Shown here piece after piece: positions 1 to 10,150 of a DNA stretch of 64,000 nucleotides. Position 1 is the first letter of the stretch. The number at the start of each line of letters is the position of its first letter. The position numbers and the translations under genes are program-made. Below the pieces are notes generated by a model. It had not been told where the DNA came from and did not search any database. It was given only the letters and a program-made list of their open reading frames with translations. This DNA comes from an uncultured bacterium (lineage in GTDB: Bacteria > Verrucomicrobiota > Kiritimatiellia > CAIVKH01): contig CALGMT010000026.1 of assembly GCA_937958885.1 (NCBI GenBank), positions 32,468-96,467 of the forward strand, written 5' to 3'.

Positions 1-98
1 GGTCTGTTGATGTGCCTGTTCATTCGGTTCGTTCCGATGATTGCCGGCTTCGAGCTTCGCGAATTGTTGCACAAGAAGAAATCGCATCACCACTAACC

Positions 99-692
99 AT
101 GAGCGCGCAGGCCCCCAACTCCGGAAAGATTTATGCGGCGGTAGCGGAATACGCGACACCCGAAGCGCTGCTGAAAGCGGCCGAGCGGGTACGCGACGCG
201 GGCTACAAACGCATCGATGCGCTCACGCCTTTTCCTGTTCACGGCATGGTCGAAGCGCTGGGCATCCCCAAAAGCAGGATGGCCGGTTTGGTGCTGTTTG
301 GCGCGCTGGCCGGCGCGGTCGGCGGCTTCGGGTTGCAGGTGTGGCAGTCGATGATCCAATACCCGCACGTCGTCTCCGGACGGCCGTATTTTAGCTGGCC
401 TAATTTCATCCCGATCGTGTTCGAATGCGCCATTCTCGCCGCGGGCATAACCGCCTTTGTCGGTATGCTGGTGCGCAACAACCTGCCGCGCCCGCATCAT
501 CCGGTGTTCTCCGCGCCTCGCGTCGAGAACACCACCGTCAGTACCTTCATGCTCGTCATCGAAGCAAGCGACCCTCTATTCGATGAGGTAAAAACCGCCG
601 AGCTGCTGAAGCAGACCGGCGCGGAATTTGTCGGCGTGGCCCCGGTGGAAGGGGACCCGGCCGATCCGCACGACGGACCCACCTTGAACTGA
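99..692 (+). CDS. Alternative complex III membrane subunit ActD-like (DUF3341 family)
   Basis: ORF 12..692; internal ATG at 99 (MSAQAPNSGKIYAAVAEY...). Two predicted TM helices, DUF3341-like sequence, followed directly by a cytochrome c and an NrfD-like subunit as in act operons. The window probably starts inside the upstream gene. Confidence 0.5.
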   Translation: MSAQAPNSGKIYAAVAEYATPEALLKAAERVRDAGYKRIDALTPFPVHGMVEALGIPKSRMAGLVLFGALAGAVGGFGLQVWQSMIQYPHVVSGRPYFSWPNFIPIVFECAILAAGITAFVGMLVRNNLPRPHHPVFSAPRVENTTVSTFMLVIEASDPLFDEVKTAELLKQTGAEFVGVAPVEGDPADPHDGPTLN

Positions 693-694
693 CC

Positions 695-1282
695 ATGCGA
701 AACCTGTTCACCATAGCCTTGATCGGCGCGGCGTTTGCCGGAACCGGATGCGAGCTCCGGCAGGCGATGTACGACCAGCCGAAGTACCGCCCGCTCCAAC
801 GCAGCGAGTTCTTTAGCGACCAGCGCGCCTCGCGTCCGTTGCCGGAGGGCACGGTTGCCCGCGGGTTGCTCAAGGACGACGAGCACCTCTACGACGGAAT
901 GGAAAACGGCGCGATGGCTCAAACATTTCCGTTTCCCGTGACGTCCGAGGTCCTCGCGCGCGGCCAGGAGCGCTTCAACATTTTCTGCGCTCCGTGCCAC
1001 GACATGGCCGGGTCCGGCAACGGGATGGTGGTTCAGCGGGGCTACAAGAAACCGGCATCATTCCATGAGCAGCGGCTTCGCGATTCCGCTCCGGGATATT
1101 TCTACGGCGCGATCAAAAATGGATTCGGCCAGATGCCGAACTATGCGGATCAGATTCCCGTGCGCGACCGGTGGGCGATCGTCGCGTACATCCGCGCACT
1201 TCAGTTGAGCCGAAACGCCACGATTGACGATGTGCCGCCCGAGGAGCGCGCTGCGCTGGAGACGGCAAAGGCAGGGCATTGA
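695..1282 (+). CDS. Mono-heme cytochrome c lipoprotein (ActE-like)
   Basis: CAPCH heme-binding motif; N-terminal lipoprotein-type signal (LIGAAFAGTGC); M-P-N-Y motif typical of class I cytochrome c; position in act-like operon. Confidence 0.6.
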   Translation: MRNLFTIALIGAAFAGTGCELRQAMYDQPKYRPLQRSEFFSDQRASRPLPEGTVARGLLKDDEHLYDGMENGAMAQTFPFPVTSEVLARGQERFNIFCAPCHDMAGSGNGMVVQRGYKKPASFHEQRLRDSAPGYFYGAIKNGFGQMPNYADQIPVRDRWAIVAYIRALQLSRNATIDDVPPEERAALETAKAGH

Positions 1283-1286
1283 TTTC

Positions 1287-2501
1287 ATGAACGAGCTGAT
1301 CCAATCGATTCGCGGCAAAGCGCTCGGCGTTGGCGTCCTCGGCACCGCCGCGACCGCTGCGGGTTATTTCATCGCAGGACCCGACCAATTTTTTCAGTCG
1401 TGGTTGATGGCCTTTTGTTTTGTGTTTGCCTTTGCCGCCGGCGGACTCGGCCTGCTGATGATCCATCATCTGGCGTCCGGCCGCTGGGGATTCTGCCTGC
1501 AACGCCCCTATGAAGCGGCGGCGAAGACCTTCCCGCTGATCGCCCTGTTGTTTGTTCCTCTGCTGTTCGGCATGGATCGGCTCTATGCCTGGGTGAACCC
1601 CGAAGCGCACCACGACCATGTGCTCGAACATGTGATGCACCATAAAGGCATGTATCTCAACGTGACCGGCTTTTATATCCGCGCGGCGGTGTATTTTGCC
1701 GTCTGGATCGGCCTTTCCTCGCTCCTGCTACGCTGGTCGCGGCTACAAGATGAGCACAAAGCGGATGCCGAGCTCTATGGACGCAAGATGCGCATGTTGA
1801 GCGGGATTGGTCTGGTGATTTTCGGATTGGCCGTCACATTCGCATCCTTTGACTGGGCCATGTCCGTAGAGCCCAAGTGGTATTCCGCCCTGTATGGCGC
1901 AACGTTCATGGTCGGGCAGGGCGTGGCCACGCTTTGCTTGATGGCATTTGTTGCGCGCATGCTCTCGCGCGATAAGCAATACGGCTCGGTAATCGGCGCG
2001 CAGCAATATCACGACATCGGCAACCTGATCTTTGCCTTTACGATTCTCTGGACGTATATGAACGTCGGCCAGTTCGTGATCATCTGGTCCGGCAACCTGC
2101 CCGAGGAAATTGAATACTACCTGCATCGCAGCCACTCCCCCTGGCCCGAACTGGTCACCGGCATCGCCATTCTCCATTTCGCGGCGCCGTTTGTCCTCCT
2201 GCTCTTCAAGGCGAACAAGAAGAACCCCAACATCCTCGTAAAAATCGCCGGCGGTTTGCTCGTGATGCGGTTTGTCGACTATTTCTGGACGCTGATGCCC
2301 GCGTTCCGCCACGATCATTTCCACGTGTCGTGGGTGGACATCGCCGCGCCAGTGGGTTTGATGGGCCTCTGGCTATACGTTTTCCTGGGCGCGCTGCAAA
2401 AACGGCCCTTCCTCCCGTTGAACGACCCCCGATTCGCCTCTATATTGTCTCACCCTGAAGAACGAGACACCGGTTGGGAGGCGGACGCTTCCGATGCATA
2501 G
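1287..2501 (+). CDS. NrfD/PsrC-like polytopic membrane subunit (ActF-like)
   Basis: ATG at 1287 just after the actE stop (1280-1282). About 10 TM helices with a NrfD-family pattern. Confidence 0.55.
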   Translation: MNELIQSIRGKALGVGVLGTAATAAGYFIAGPDQFFQSWLMAFCFVFAFAAGGLGLLMIHHLASGRWGFCLQRPYEAAAKTFPLIALLFVPLLFGMDRLYAWVNPEAHHDHVLEHVMHHKGMYLNVTGFYIRAAVYFAVWIGLSSLLLRWSRLQDEHKADAELYGRKMRMLSGIGLVIFGLAVTFASFDWAMSVEPKWYSALYGATFMVGQGVATLCLMAFVARMLSRDKQYGSVIGAQQYHDIGNLIFAFTILWTYMNVGQFVIIWSGNLPEEIEYYLHRSHSPWPELVTGIAILHFAAPFVLLLFKANKKNPNILVKIAGGLLVMRFVDYFWTLMPAFRHDHFHVSWVDIAAPVGLMGLWLYVFLGALQKRPFLPLNDPRFASILSHPEERDTGWEADASDA

Positions 2502-2904
2502 TCCATCCACAGATCCTGTCAAGAATCCGAGCGGCGCGGATTTCGCTGATCGCGATATTCCGGTCTCAAAGATTCTGGTCTTTGGGTTTTACATCGCGCT
2601 GTTCACCGCCGTCTCGTTTGTCGGGCTGCGCTTCCTTTACCTGGCGTTGGATCGCAAGGCGGAGCGCGCAGACGAGGCTGTTGCCGCGTTTGCGCGAGAG
2701 ACGCGCGTGCTGCCGCCGGAACCCCGCCTTCAAGTGGATGAACCCGCCACATGGGCGCGGGAAAAAGCGCGCCAGCAGGCGATGATCTCCGGCTACGAGT
2801 GGGTGGATGCCAATGCCGGCGTGGTGCGCATTCCGGTCGAGCGGGCGATGGAAATTCTCGCCGAGCGCGGTCTGCCCGCGCGCGCGGAAGGAGTGAGCCC
2901 GTGA
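2494..2904 (+). CDS. Hypothetical single-pass membrane protein (possible ACIII accessory subunit)
   Basis: 136-aa ORF with one hydrophobic helix. Overlaps neighbouring genes by 8 and 4 bp (operon-like). Confidence 0.35.
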   Translation: MHSPSTDPVKNPSGADFADRDIPVSKILVFGFYIALFTAVSFVGLRFLYLALDRKAERADEAVAAFARETRVLPPEPRLQVDEPATWAREKARQQAMISGYEWVDANAGVVRIPVERAMEILAERGLPARAEGVSP

Positions 2905-3749
2905 ACGCGCGGATCTTCATCGGCGCGATTTGCGCGTGGGCCGCAACGTCCGGCGTATATGCAGCCACTCGTTCGACTCCGATCGAGCAAAAAAACGAAC
3001 CGCCGCCGCCCGCTGTGTTGAAGCGAACCGGTTTCGATCAAAACCTCGGCGCGCAGTTGCCGTTGGATGTCAACGTGCGCGATGAAGAAGGCCGCGTGGT
3101 GCCGCTCGGGACGTTCTTCAAGGATCGCCCGGTCGTCTTCTCGCTCGTTTACTACAACTGCCCGATGCTGTGCACGTTGGTGCTCAATGGCATTGTGGAT
3201 GTGTTGAAGCAAATCGCGTTCGAGCCCGGACGCGATTACGACATCGTCACCTTGAGCTTCAATCACGAAGAAACGCACCTGCTCGCAGCGCAGAAAAAAG
3301 CCAACTACCTCGAAATGTTCAGCAAACCGGGCGCCGCGGCCGGATGGCACTTCCTTACAGCCGACGAGCCGGCCATCGCCGCGATTGCGGACACGGCCGG
3401 ATTCAAATTCGCGTGGGATGAAAAAGCGCAGGAATTCGCGCACGGCAGCGGCATCATGATTGCCACGCCGGATGGAAAGCTCTCTCATTATTTTTACGGC
3501 GTCATGTACAGCCCGCGCGATGTCCGTCTCGCGCTGGTCGAGGCCTCGTCCGGAAAGATCGGCAACCCAGTCGATCAACTCATGCTGCTCTGCTATCACT
3601 ACAATCCCACGATGGGCGGATACAGCGCGGCGGTGATGAACGTGGTCCGGCTAGGATGCTTTGCGACGATAATTGCGGTGGGCGGTTTTATCGCACTGTC
3701 GTGGAATCGCGAACGTAAAGCCATCGCACCCCAATCAATTCCCGCATAG
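2901..3749 (+). CDS. SCO1/SenC family copper chaperone
   Basis: GTG start at 2901 overlapping the previous stop (GTGA). Thioredoxin-like CPMLC (CxxxC) motif, N-terminal membrane anchor, sits between the ACIII and oxidase genes. Confidence 0.7.
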   Translation: MNARIFIGAICAWAATSGVYAATRSTPIEQKNEPPPPAVLKRTGFDQNLGAQLPLDVNVRDEEGRVVPLGTFFKDRPVVFSLVYYNCPMLCTLVLNGIVDVLKQIAFEPGRDYDIVTLSFNHEETHLLAAQKKANYLEMFSKPGAAAGWHFLTADEPAIAAIADTAGFKFAWDEKAQEFAHGSGIMIATPDGKLSHYFYGVMYSPRDVRLALVEASSGKIGNPVDQLMLLCYHYNPTMGGYSAAVMNVVRLGCFATIIAVGGFIALSWNRERKAIAPQSIPA

Positions 3750-3772
3750 GCGGATCGGGTGCGACACCAACT

Positions 3773-4720
3773 ATGAAAAGTGTTTTTAATATATTGCCCG
3801 AGCAGGCCTCGACGGTCGCGTCCCACGTAGACGCGATATACTTATTTCTGATTGCCATCAGCGTCGTTTTCACGCTGTTGGCCGCGGGTCTCGTCATCGT
3901 ATTCGGAGTGAAATTCCGCAGACGGCCGGACGGACCCGCGCCCGAAAAACCGCATGAGGATAGCCGCCTTGAAATGGCCGCCGGCGCTTTTCTTCTCGTG
4001 TTGCTCCTCGTGCTTTTTGGATGGGGCGCAAAGGTCTATTTCCAAAACACGCGCCCGCCCGCTGACGCGATGGAGATTCTGGTTACCGGCAAACAGTGGA
4101 TGTGGAAACTTCAGCACCCGAATGGCCGGCGCGAAATCAACACGCTCCACATCCCGGTGGGCAAGCCGGTTCAGCTCACCATGACCTCGGAAGACGTGAT
4201 TCACAGCTTCTTCATTCCGGCCTTTCGCGTGAAGCAGGATGTGCTTCCAGGGCGCTATACGCGCCTCTGGTTCCAGGCAACCAAGACCGGCCGTTACCGC
4301 CTCTTCTGCACGGAATACTGCGGGACCGAGCATTCCATGATGGGCGGATGGGTCAATGTCATGACCGCGGCCGATTATGAACGATGGCTCTCGGGCGAAG
4401 TCGCGGGCGCGGCTCAAGAGACGCCCGTGCAGGCCGGCGAGCGGCTCTTCACCCAACTCGGCTGTCAAACATGCCACAATGCAGGCTCCGGCGCGCTCGG
4501 TCCGAACCTGGCCGGCGTGTTCGGACACACCGTCAAACTCGCCGACGGCAGCGAGGTGATCGCCGACGAGGAATACTTGCGCGAATCGATCCTTAACCCG
4601 CATGCGAAACTCGTGGCGGGTTTTGCCCCCGTCATGCCGGTGTTCAAAGGCATTATCAACGAAGATCAACTCCTCCAGTTGATCGCCTACATCAAGAGCC
4701 TCAGCGGAGCGTCCAACTGA
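3773..4720 (+). CDS. ctaC: Cytochrome c oxidase subunit II with fused C-terminal cytochrome c domain (caa3-type)
   Basis: Two N-terminal TM helices; CuA motif H..CTEYCG.EHSMM; C-terminal CQTCH heme c site. Confidence 0.85.
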   Translation: MKSVFNILPEQASTVASHVDAIYLFLIAISVVFTLLAAGLVIVFGVKFRRRPDGPAPEKPHEDSRLEMAAGAFLLVLLLVLFGWGAKVYFQNTRPPADAMEILVTGKQWMWKLQHPNGRREINTLHIPVGKPVQLTMTSEDVIHSFFIPAFRVKQDVLPGRYTRLWFQATKTGRYRLFCTEYCGTEHSMMGGWVNVMTAADYERWLSGEVAGAAQETPVQAGERLFTQLGCQTCHNAGSGALGPNLAGVFGHTVKLADGSEVIADEEYLRESILNPHAKLVAGFAPVMPVFKGIINEDQLLQLIAYIKSLSGASN

Positions 4721-4721
4721 T

Positions 4722-6371
4722 ATGAGCGAAACGGCGACCATCGCGGCGACTGCCGAGCCGAAAAATTATCTAACGAACCGCCACACGATCCAGTCGTGGC
4801 TCTTCACGGTCGACCACAAACGGATCGCGATCCTCTATCTGATCAGCCTGACCGTGTTCTTCCTCCTCGGCGGCGCGGCGGCGGCCCTGTTCCGCCTCGA
4901 CCTGATGACGCCTCAGGCCGACCTGCTCCAGTCCGAGACCTACAATAAATTGTTCACGATGCACGGCATCGTGATGATCTTCTTCTTCCTTGTCCCGTCA
5001 ATCCCCGCCGTGATGGGCAACTTCCTCGTTCCCGTGATGATCGGCGCGAAAGACGTCGCCTTCCCCCGGCTGAACCTCTTGAGCTGGTACGTCTTCATGG
5101 CCGGCGGCCTTATCGCACTCGGCGCCATCATCAGCGGCGGGGTGGACACCGGCTGGACGTTCTACACGCCGTACAGCAGCATGTACGCAAATTCCCACGT
5201 GATCCTCGCCGTGGCGGGTGCGTTCATTGCCGGTTTCTCATCGATCATGACGGCTCTGAATTTCATCGTCACCATCCAGAAAATGCGCGCGCCCGGCCTC
5301 ACCTGGTTCCGCCTGCCGCTCTTTATCTGGGCGATGTACGCCACAAGCCTCGTCGTGATCCTCGGCACGCCGGTGGTCGCGATCACGCTGGTCATGATTT
5401 TCATCGAGCGCTTCTTCCAATTCGGCCTGTTCGATCCCGCGCTCGGCGGCGATCCGGTCCTCTTCCAACACCTCTTCTGGTTCTATTCGCACCCCGCGGT
5501 TTACATCATGATCCTGCCCAGCATGGGCGTGATCAGCGAGATTGTGTCCTGCTTCTCCCGCCGCCGGTTGTACGGCTACACCTTCGTTGCGTTCTCCTCG
5601 CTCGCGATCGCGGTGATCGGATTCTTCGTGTGGGGCCACCACATGTTTGTCAGCTCCCAATCGGCCTATGCGGGGCTCATCTTCTCGTTTCTGACCTTCT
5701 TCGTCGCGATTCCGACCGCCATCAAGATCCTCAACTGGATCATGACGATGTACAAGGGATCGATCTCCTTCGACACCCCGATGCTTTACGCATACGGCTT
5801 TCTCGGCCTCTTCACGATCGGCGGTCTGACCGGTCTGTTCTTGAGCACCATGGCGACGGATATCCATCTGCACGACACCTATTTCGTCGTCGCGCATTTC
5901 CACTACGTCATGGTCGGCGGCGGCGTGATGGGGTTCCTCGGCGCCTTGCATTTCTGGTGGCCCAAGATGACCGGTCGCATGTACCCGGAAGGCTGGGCCA
6001 AGTTCGCCGCCATCGTCATTTTTATCGGCTTCAATCTGACCTTTTTCCCACAATTCCAACTCGGCTACCATGGCATGCCGCGCCGCTACCACACCTACGC
6101 GGAGGAATTCCAGATTCTCCACGTCATGTCCACCGCCGGTGCGTCGGTGCTTGGGGCGGGATACCTCATCATGGCCGCCTACCTCGGCTGGTCCCTCTTC
6201 AAGGGCAAGCGCGCCTCCGCCAACCCGTGGGATGCGCGCGGCCTCGAGTGGGAGACCACCTCGCCGCCGCCCACCGAAAACTTCCTGTCCACACCGACCG
6301 TCACACAGGAGGCCTATGCGTATGACAAGCCTTCCGTGACGCATGTCCCTCCGGAGGAGAAACGTGTCTAG
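4722..6371 (+). CDS. ctaD: Cytochrome c oxidase subunit I
   Basis: 549 aa with canonical heme-copper oxidase motifs ([29 protein letters not shown]). Confidence 0.95.
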   Translation: MSETATIAATAEPKNYLTNRHTIQSWLFTVDHKRIAILYLISLTVFFLLGGAAAALFRLDLMTPQADLLQSETYNKLFTMHGIVMIFFFLVPSIPAVMGNFLVPVMIGAKDVAFPRLNLLSWYVFMAGGLIALGAIISGGVDTGWTFYTPYSSMYANSHVILAVAGAFIAGFSSIMTALNFIVTIQKMRAPGLTWFRLPLFIWAMYATSLVVILGTPVVAITLVMIFIERFFQFGLFDPALGGDPVLFQHLFWFYSHPAVYIMILPSMGVISEIVSCFSRRRLYGYTFVAFSSLAIAVIGFFVWGHHMFVSSQSAYAGLIFSFLTFFVAIPTAIKILNWIMTMYKGSISFDTPMLYAYGFLGLFTIGGLTGLFLSTMATDIHLHDTYFVVAHFHYVMVGGGVMGFLGALHFWWPKMTGRMYPEGWAKFAAIVIFIGFNLTFFPQFQLGYHGMPRRYHTYAEEFQILHVMSTAGASVLGAGYLIMAAYLGWSLFKGKRASANPWDARGLEWETTSPPPTENFLSTPTVTQEAYAYDKPSVTHVPPEEKRV

Positions 6372-7083
6372 CCACGCCCACGCGCACGTCGCGCATCACT
6401 TCGAGAGCGCCGAGCAGCAGCGCCAATCCGCGCAGCTCGGCATGTGGATATTTCTCGTCACCGAGGTCATGTTTTTCGGCGGCCTCTTTGCCGCCTATGT
6501 CGTCTATCGTTCGCTGTATCCGGAGGCCTGGGTTGTCGGCAGCCACCTGTTGAGTATCGGGCTTGGCGGGTTCAACACCGCGGTGCTGCTCGCCTCGTCG
6601 CTCACAATGGCGCTGGCGGTGCACGCCGCGCAGACCGACAAGCGGAACGCCACCGCGATGTGGATTGTCCTCACGATGGTCCTCGGCTTTGTCTTCCTCG
6701 GCGTCAAAGTTGTCGAATACGCCGGCAAGTTCGAACACCACCTCGTACCCGGCGCGCATTTCCATGTCGATCCGATGGCCGAACTCGCGAAGCTGGAGGC
6801 GGCCGGCGTCCACGTGGGCCAGCACCTGCGCCACGCCTTTGAGACGGCGAACCCGAGCCATGTTCAACTCTTCTATTCACTCTACTTCGCGATGACCGGC
6901 ATGCACGCAGTGCACATGATCATCGGCGCCGGCCTCATGATCTGGCTGCTCGCCAACACGCTGAAGGGCCGCTATTCCTCCGCTTACTACAACCCCGTCG
7001 AAGTCACCGGCCTCTATTGGCACTTCGTGGACATTGTCTGGATTTTCCTGTTCCCCATGCTCTACCTGATCGGGAGACACTGA
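6343..7083 (+). CDS. ctaE: Cytochrome c oxidase subunit III
   Basis: HHFE...multi-TM COX3 pattern; start could alternatively be the GTG near 6364. Confidence 0.85.
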   Translation: MSLRRRNVSSHAHAHVAHHFESAEQQRQSAQLGMWIFLVTEVMFFGGLFAAYVVYRSLYPEAWVVGSHLLSIGLGGFNTAVLLASSLTMALAVHAAQTDKRNATAMWIVLTMVLGFVFLGVKVVEYAGKFEHHLVPGAHFHVDPMAELAKLEAAGVHVGQHLRHAFETANPSHVQLFYSLYFAMTGMHAVHMIIGAGLMIWLLANTLKGRYSSAYYNPVEVTGLYWHFVDIVWIFLFPMLYLIGRH

Positions 7084-7418
7084 TGAGCGAACATCACGTC
7101 ATGCCTATCCGCGTCTACCTGACCATTATCGCTATTTTGATGGCGCTTACGGTCGCCACGGTCTGGGTCGCCTTCCTCGATTTCGGCTATCTCAACACCG
7201 TGATTGCCGTCGGCATCGCTGTCATAAAGGCCCTGCTCGTCGTCATGTATTTCATGCACCTGAAGTACGCGGCGCCGATTACCCGCCTCTTCGCCGGGGC
7301 CGGCGCCGTATTTTTCGTGATCCTCATTGCGATCACCCTGAGCGACTACCGATCCCGCGATTGGTTCCCATTCCCCGAGCCGTGGGAGCAAGCCCATGAA
7401 GCTCCCGCGTCGCACTAA
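7083..7418 (+). CDS. Cytochrome c oxidase subunit IV (prokaryotic caa3 small subunit)
   Basis: ATG at 7083 overlapping the ctaE stop; ~110-aa protein with three TM helices (COX4_pro-like). Confidence 0.6.
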   Translation: MSEHHVMPIRVYLTIIAILMALTVATVWVAFLDFGYLNTVIAVGIAVIKALLVVMYFMHLKYAAPITRLFAGAGAVFFVILIAITLSDYRSRDWFPFPEPWEQAHEAPASH

Positions 7419-8307
7419 ATCCAACTCAGCGGACGCGCCGAGCTGGTCCGACTACTATCAGCTCGCCAAGCCGCGCATCGTCGGCATGGTGCTGGTCACC
7501 ACCGCCACAGGCTTCTTCGTCGGCGGCGCGGGCATCGGATCCTGGGAGCGCACCCTCCTGCTCGTCCTGACCCTCCTCGGCACTGCCCTCGCCGCCGCGG
7601 GCGCAGCGGTTCTAAACAACTACCTCGAGCGCGACACCGACGCGCGCATGGAGCGCACCCGCCTGCGCGCCCTGCCCGCGGGCCGCATCGAGCCCGCCGT
7701 CGCGCTCGCGCTCGGTGTCCTGCTCGTCCTCGGGGGCGTCGCGATACTCGCGGCGCTGGTCAATCTTCTCGCCGCCTTTCTCGTCCTGCTCACGGCGTTT
7801 CTCTACGTGCTTGTGTACACGCCGCTCAAAAAAGTGACCTGGCTCAATACGCCGATCGGCGCGATCCCCGGCGCGTTGCCGCCGATGGTGGGGTGGGCGG
7901 CCGCCGCGAACGAACTGCATGTTGGCGCATGGATTCTGTTTGCCATTCTCTTTCTCTGGCAGCACCCCCACTTCTACGCCATTGCGTGGATGTACCGCAG
8001 CGACTACGCCGCCGCCGGCTACAAGATGCTCTCAACCATCGACCCCACCGGGCGCCGCGTCTTCCGTCAGGCCATCCTCTTCTCCCTCGCGCTGATCCCT
8101 GTATCCATTGCCCTCACCGGCTTCGGCCTCGCGGGCCGGACCTACCTCGTCGGCGCTGTATTCCTCGGATCGGCCTTGCTTGCCGCCAGCTTGCACCTCG
8201 CCCAGCACCAGCGCCTGGCCGACGCGCGCCGCGTTCTGCTCGCCTCCGTCGTCTATTTGCCCCTTCTACTCGCCCTCATCGTGCTCGACGCCGGACTCGC
8301 CCGCTGA
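7396..8307 (+). CDS. ctaB: Protoheme IX farnesyltransferase (heme O synthase)
   Basis: UbiA-family prenyltransferase pattern (YYQLAKPRI..., multiple TM helices); linked to the oxidase operon. Confidence 0.85.
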   Translation: MKLPRRTKSNSADAPSWSDYYQLAKPRIVGMVLVTTATGFFVGGAGIGSWERTLLLVLTLLGTALAAAGAAVLNNYLERDTDARMERTRLRALPAGRIEPAVALALGVLLVLGGVAILAALVNLLAAFLVLLTAFLYVLVYTPLKKVTWLNTPIGAIPGALPPMVGWAAAANELHVGAWILFAILFLWQHPHFYAIAWMYRSDYAAAGYKMLSTIDPTGRRVFRQAILFSLALIPVSIALTGFGLAGRTYLVGAVFLGSALLAASLHLAQHQRLADARRVLLASVVYLPLLLALIVLDAGLAR

Positions 8308-8318
8308 CGGCAAAAAAG

Positions 8319-8374
8319 TTCCATGCTCTGTAAAAACTTTTTTTCGCGCTTCCATACTCTGTAAATTACAGCGC
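8319..8374 (+). repeat. Two tandem copies (31-bp period) of the dispersed motif TTCCATGCTCTGTAAAAA
   Basis: Copy 1 at 8319-8336 (exact); copy 2 at 8350-8365 (TTCCATACTCTGTAAA). Lies immediately upstream of the ATG at 8375. Confidence 0.8.
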
Positions 8375-10150
8375 ATGGAAATAATAAGGAGACGCGCGCG
8401 CGGGCTGCTGGTCTTCGCGCTTCTCGCCGCGGGCTGTGCGGAAGCGCCGCGCGACGGCGATATCCTCCGCGCAAACACCCTCTATCTCGCATCGGCGCGT
8501 GTGCGGGGATTCGATCCCGCTAAAGTGTCGGATGTCGCGTCTGCCAAAGCCATCCAGCTCGTGTATGAACCGCTGCTGCAGATCGCGTATCTCGACCGCC
8601 CGTACCGCCTCCAACCGCTGCTTGTGGAATCAATGCCGGAGCGCTCAGGAGACGGCCTGCGCTACCTCTTTCGACTTCGACGCGGCATTTATTTCGCCGA
8701 CGCCCCCTGCTTCCCCGGCGGGCGGGGTCGCGAAATGACCGCGGACGATGTTGTCTATTCGATCAAGCGCATCGCCGATCGCAAGGTCGCTTCCAGCGGA
8801 TGGTGGGCGTTCGAAAACCGTATCGTCGGACTCGATGAATTCCGAGAGGCATCGGCGGGCGAGCAGCCGACGGACTATTCGATGCCCGTCGCGGGACTTG
8901 TCGCACGCGATCGATACACCGTGGAAATCGAGCTGGCCCGACCGTTCCCGCAATTTCTTTGGATTCTTGCGCTGCATTACGCCGCCGTCGTCCCGCGCGA
9001 AGCGGTGGAGCATTATGGCGAACGATTCGCAAGCCATCCGGTCGGCACCGGACCTTATCGCCTCGTGGAGTGGCGTCGCAATTACCGGATGATGTTCGAG
9101 CGCAATCCGAAGTGGAGCGAAACCGGACGGATTGATCGTTATCCTTCGTCAGGCGAGCCGGAAGATGAAGCCGCCGGCTTGCTTGCCGATGCCGACCGCC
9201 CGCTGCCGCTGATCGATCGCATCGTCATGTCCGTGATTGCGGATGGCGCAACGCAGTGGATGATGTTTCTCCGCGGGGAATTGGACGAGTCGGAGATTTC
9301 GCGCGACAACTGGGGCGCGGTTATGGATGAGAATGGCGCATTGCGCGCCGATCTCGCCGCGCGCGGCATCCGGCTTTCCGTCGCGCCGCAATTGCGCGTG
9401 AACTACATCGGGTTCAACATGGACGATCCGGTCGTCGGTCCGAATCGCGCGCTCCGGCAGGCGCTCACGTCGGCCTTCAACTCGGAGGAGTGGATTCGCC
9501 TCAACAACGGGCGCGTGAAGCGCGCGCTTGGACCCATTCCAAGTTCGTTGACGGGCTTCGAGCCGAATTATCAGCCATTCCCATTTGATTTGGATCGCGC
9601 GCGGGCGCTGCTCGCAGAGGCCGGCTATCCGGACGGCCGCGATCCGCGCACCGGACGCCGGCTCGAACTGACACTAGAGCTCGGGCGGGCCGACGATCTG
9701 GAGCTGCGCCAATCCGCGGAGCTCATCGCCGCCTTTTTCGAGCGCATCGGCGTGGTCCTGCGTTTGAGCTTCAACAACGGCCCTGCGTTTTTCGAGAAAC
9801 TCGAGCGCGGCCAAGCGCAATTGTTTTATGTCGGTTGGCTCGGCGATTACCCCGATGCCGAGAATTTTCTCCAATGTCTCTACGGCCCGAATGCCGATGG
9901 TGGCCCTAATCGCGCGAACTATCGAAACCCCGAATTCGATCGCCTCTTCGAGCAAGCCCGTGTGATGGAAGATTCGCCGGAGCGGACGGCCCTCTATTCG
10001 GCCCTCGCGCGAATCGCGATCGAAGACTGCCCATGGATCTTTGTCGCCGAACCGTTGAGCTACACGCTGCACCAGACGCGGCTGCTCAATCGCAAGCCTC
10101 ATCTGTTCCCGTATGGAATGGAGAAATACTATGCCCTCCGGCGCCCCTGA
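8375..10150 (+). CDS. ABC transporter substrate-binding protein, family 5 (oligopeptide/dipeptide/nickel type), lipoprotein
   Basis: ORF 8108..10150 with ATG at 8375 (MEIIRRRARGLLVFALLAAGCA lipobox); SBP_bac_5-like sequence throughout. Confidence 0.8.
   Translation: MEIIRRRARGLLVFALLAAGCAEAPRDGDILRANTLYLASARVRGFDPAKVSDVASAKAIQLVYEPLLQIAYLDRPYRLQPLLVESMPERSGDGLRYLFRLRRGIYFADAPCFPGGRGREMTADDVVYSIKRIADRKVASSGWWAFENRIVGLDEFREASAGEQPTDYSMPVAGLVARDRYTVEIELARPFPQFLWILALHYAAVVPREAVEHYGERFASHPVGTGPYRLVEWRRNYRMMFERNPKWSETGRIDRYPSSGEPEDEAAGLLADADRPLPLIDRIVMSVIADGATQWMMFLRGELDESEISRDNWGAVMDENGALRADLAARGIRLSVAPQLRVNYIGFNMDDPVVGPNRALRQALTSAFNSEEWIRLNNGRVKRALGPIPSSLTGFEPNYQPFPFDLDRARALLAEAGYPDGRDPRTGRRLELTLELGRADDLELRQSAELIAAFFERIGVVLRLSFNNGPAFFEKLERGQAQLFYVGWLGDYPDAENFLQCLYGPNADGGPNRANYRNPEFDRLFEQARVMEDSPERTALYSALARIAIEDCPWIFVAEPLSYTLHQTRLLNRKPHLFPYGMEKYYALRRP

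Noticed and set aside
12-98. N-terminal 29 codons of ORF 12..692 as part of ActD
   Set aside because: The segment (MPVHSVRSDDCRLRASRIVAQEEIASPLT) has no ActD-like features and probably belongs to the 3' end or spacer of the upstream gene cut by the window edge. The start was set at ATG 99.
5238-6344. Long antisense or out-of-frame ORFs, such as 5238..6344(-), 10086..11084(-), 14500..15798(-), 15663..17906(-, 747 aa), 24155..26089(-, 644 aa), 37423..39507(-), 39835..41475(-), 19466..20479(-)
   Set aside because: They lie opposite well-supported genes with strong motif content and have Arg/Ala/Gly-rich low-complexity translations typical of stop-codon-poor high-GC DNA. No motifs were recognised.
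8108-8374. N-terminal extension of the SBP ORF (start 8108), and the similar ORFs 8253..8492(-) and 13037..13900 upstream part, giving FLQSME/FYRAW peptides
   Set aside because: These stretches are translations of the dispersed TTCCATGCTCTGTAAAAA repeats and overlap the ctaB 3' end. Internal ATGs with a proper signal peptide (8375) or conserved N-terminus (13777) are better starts.
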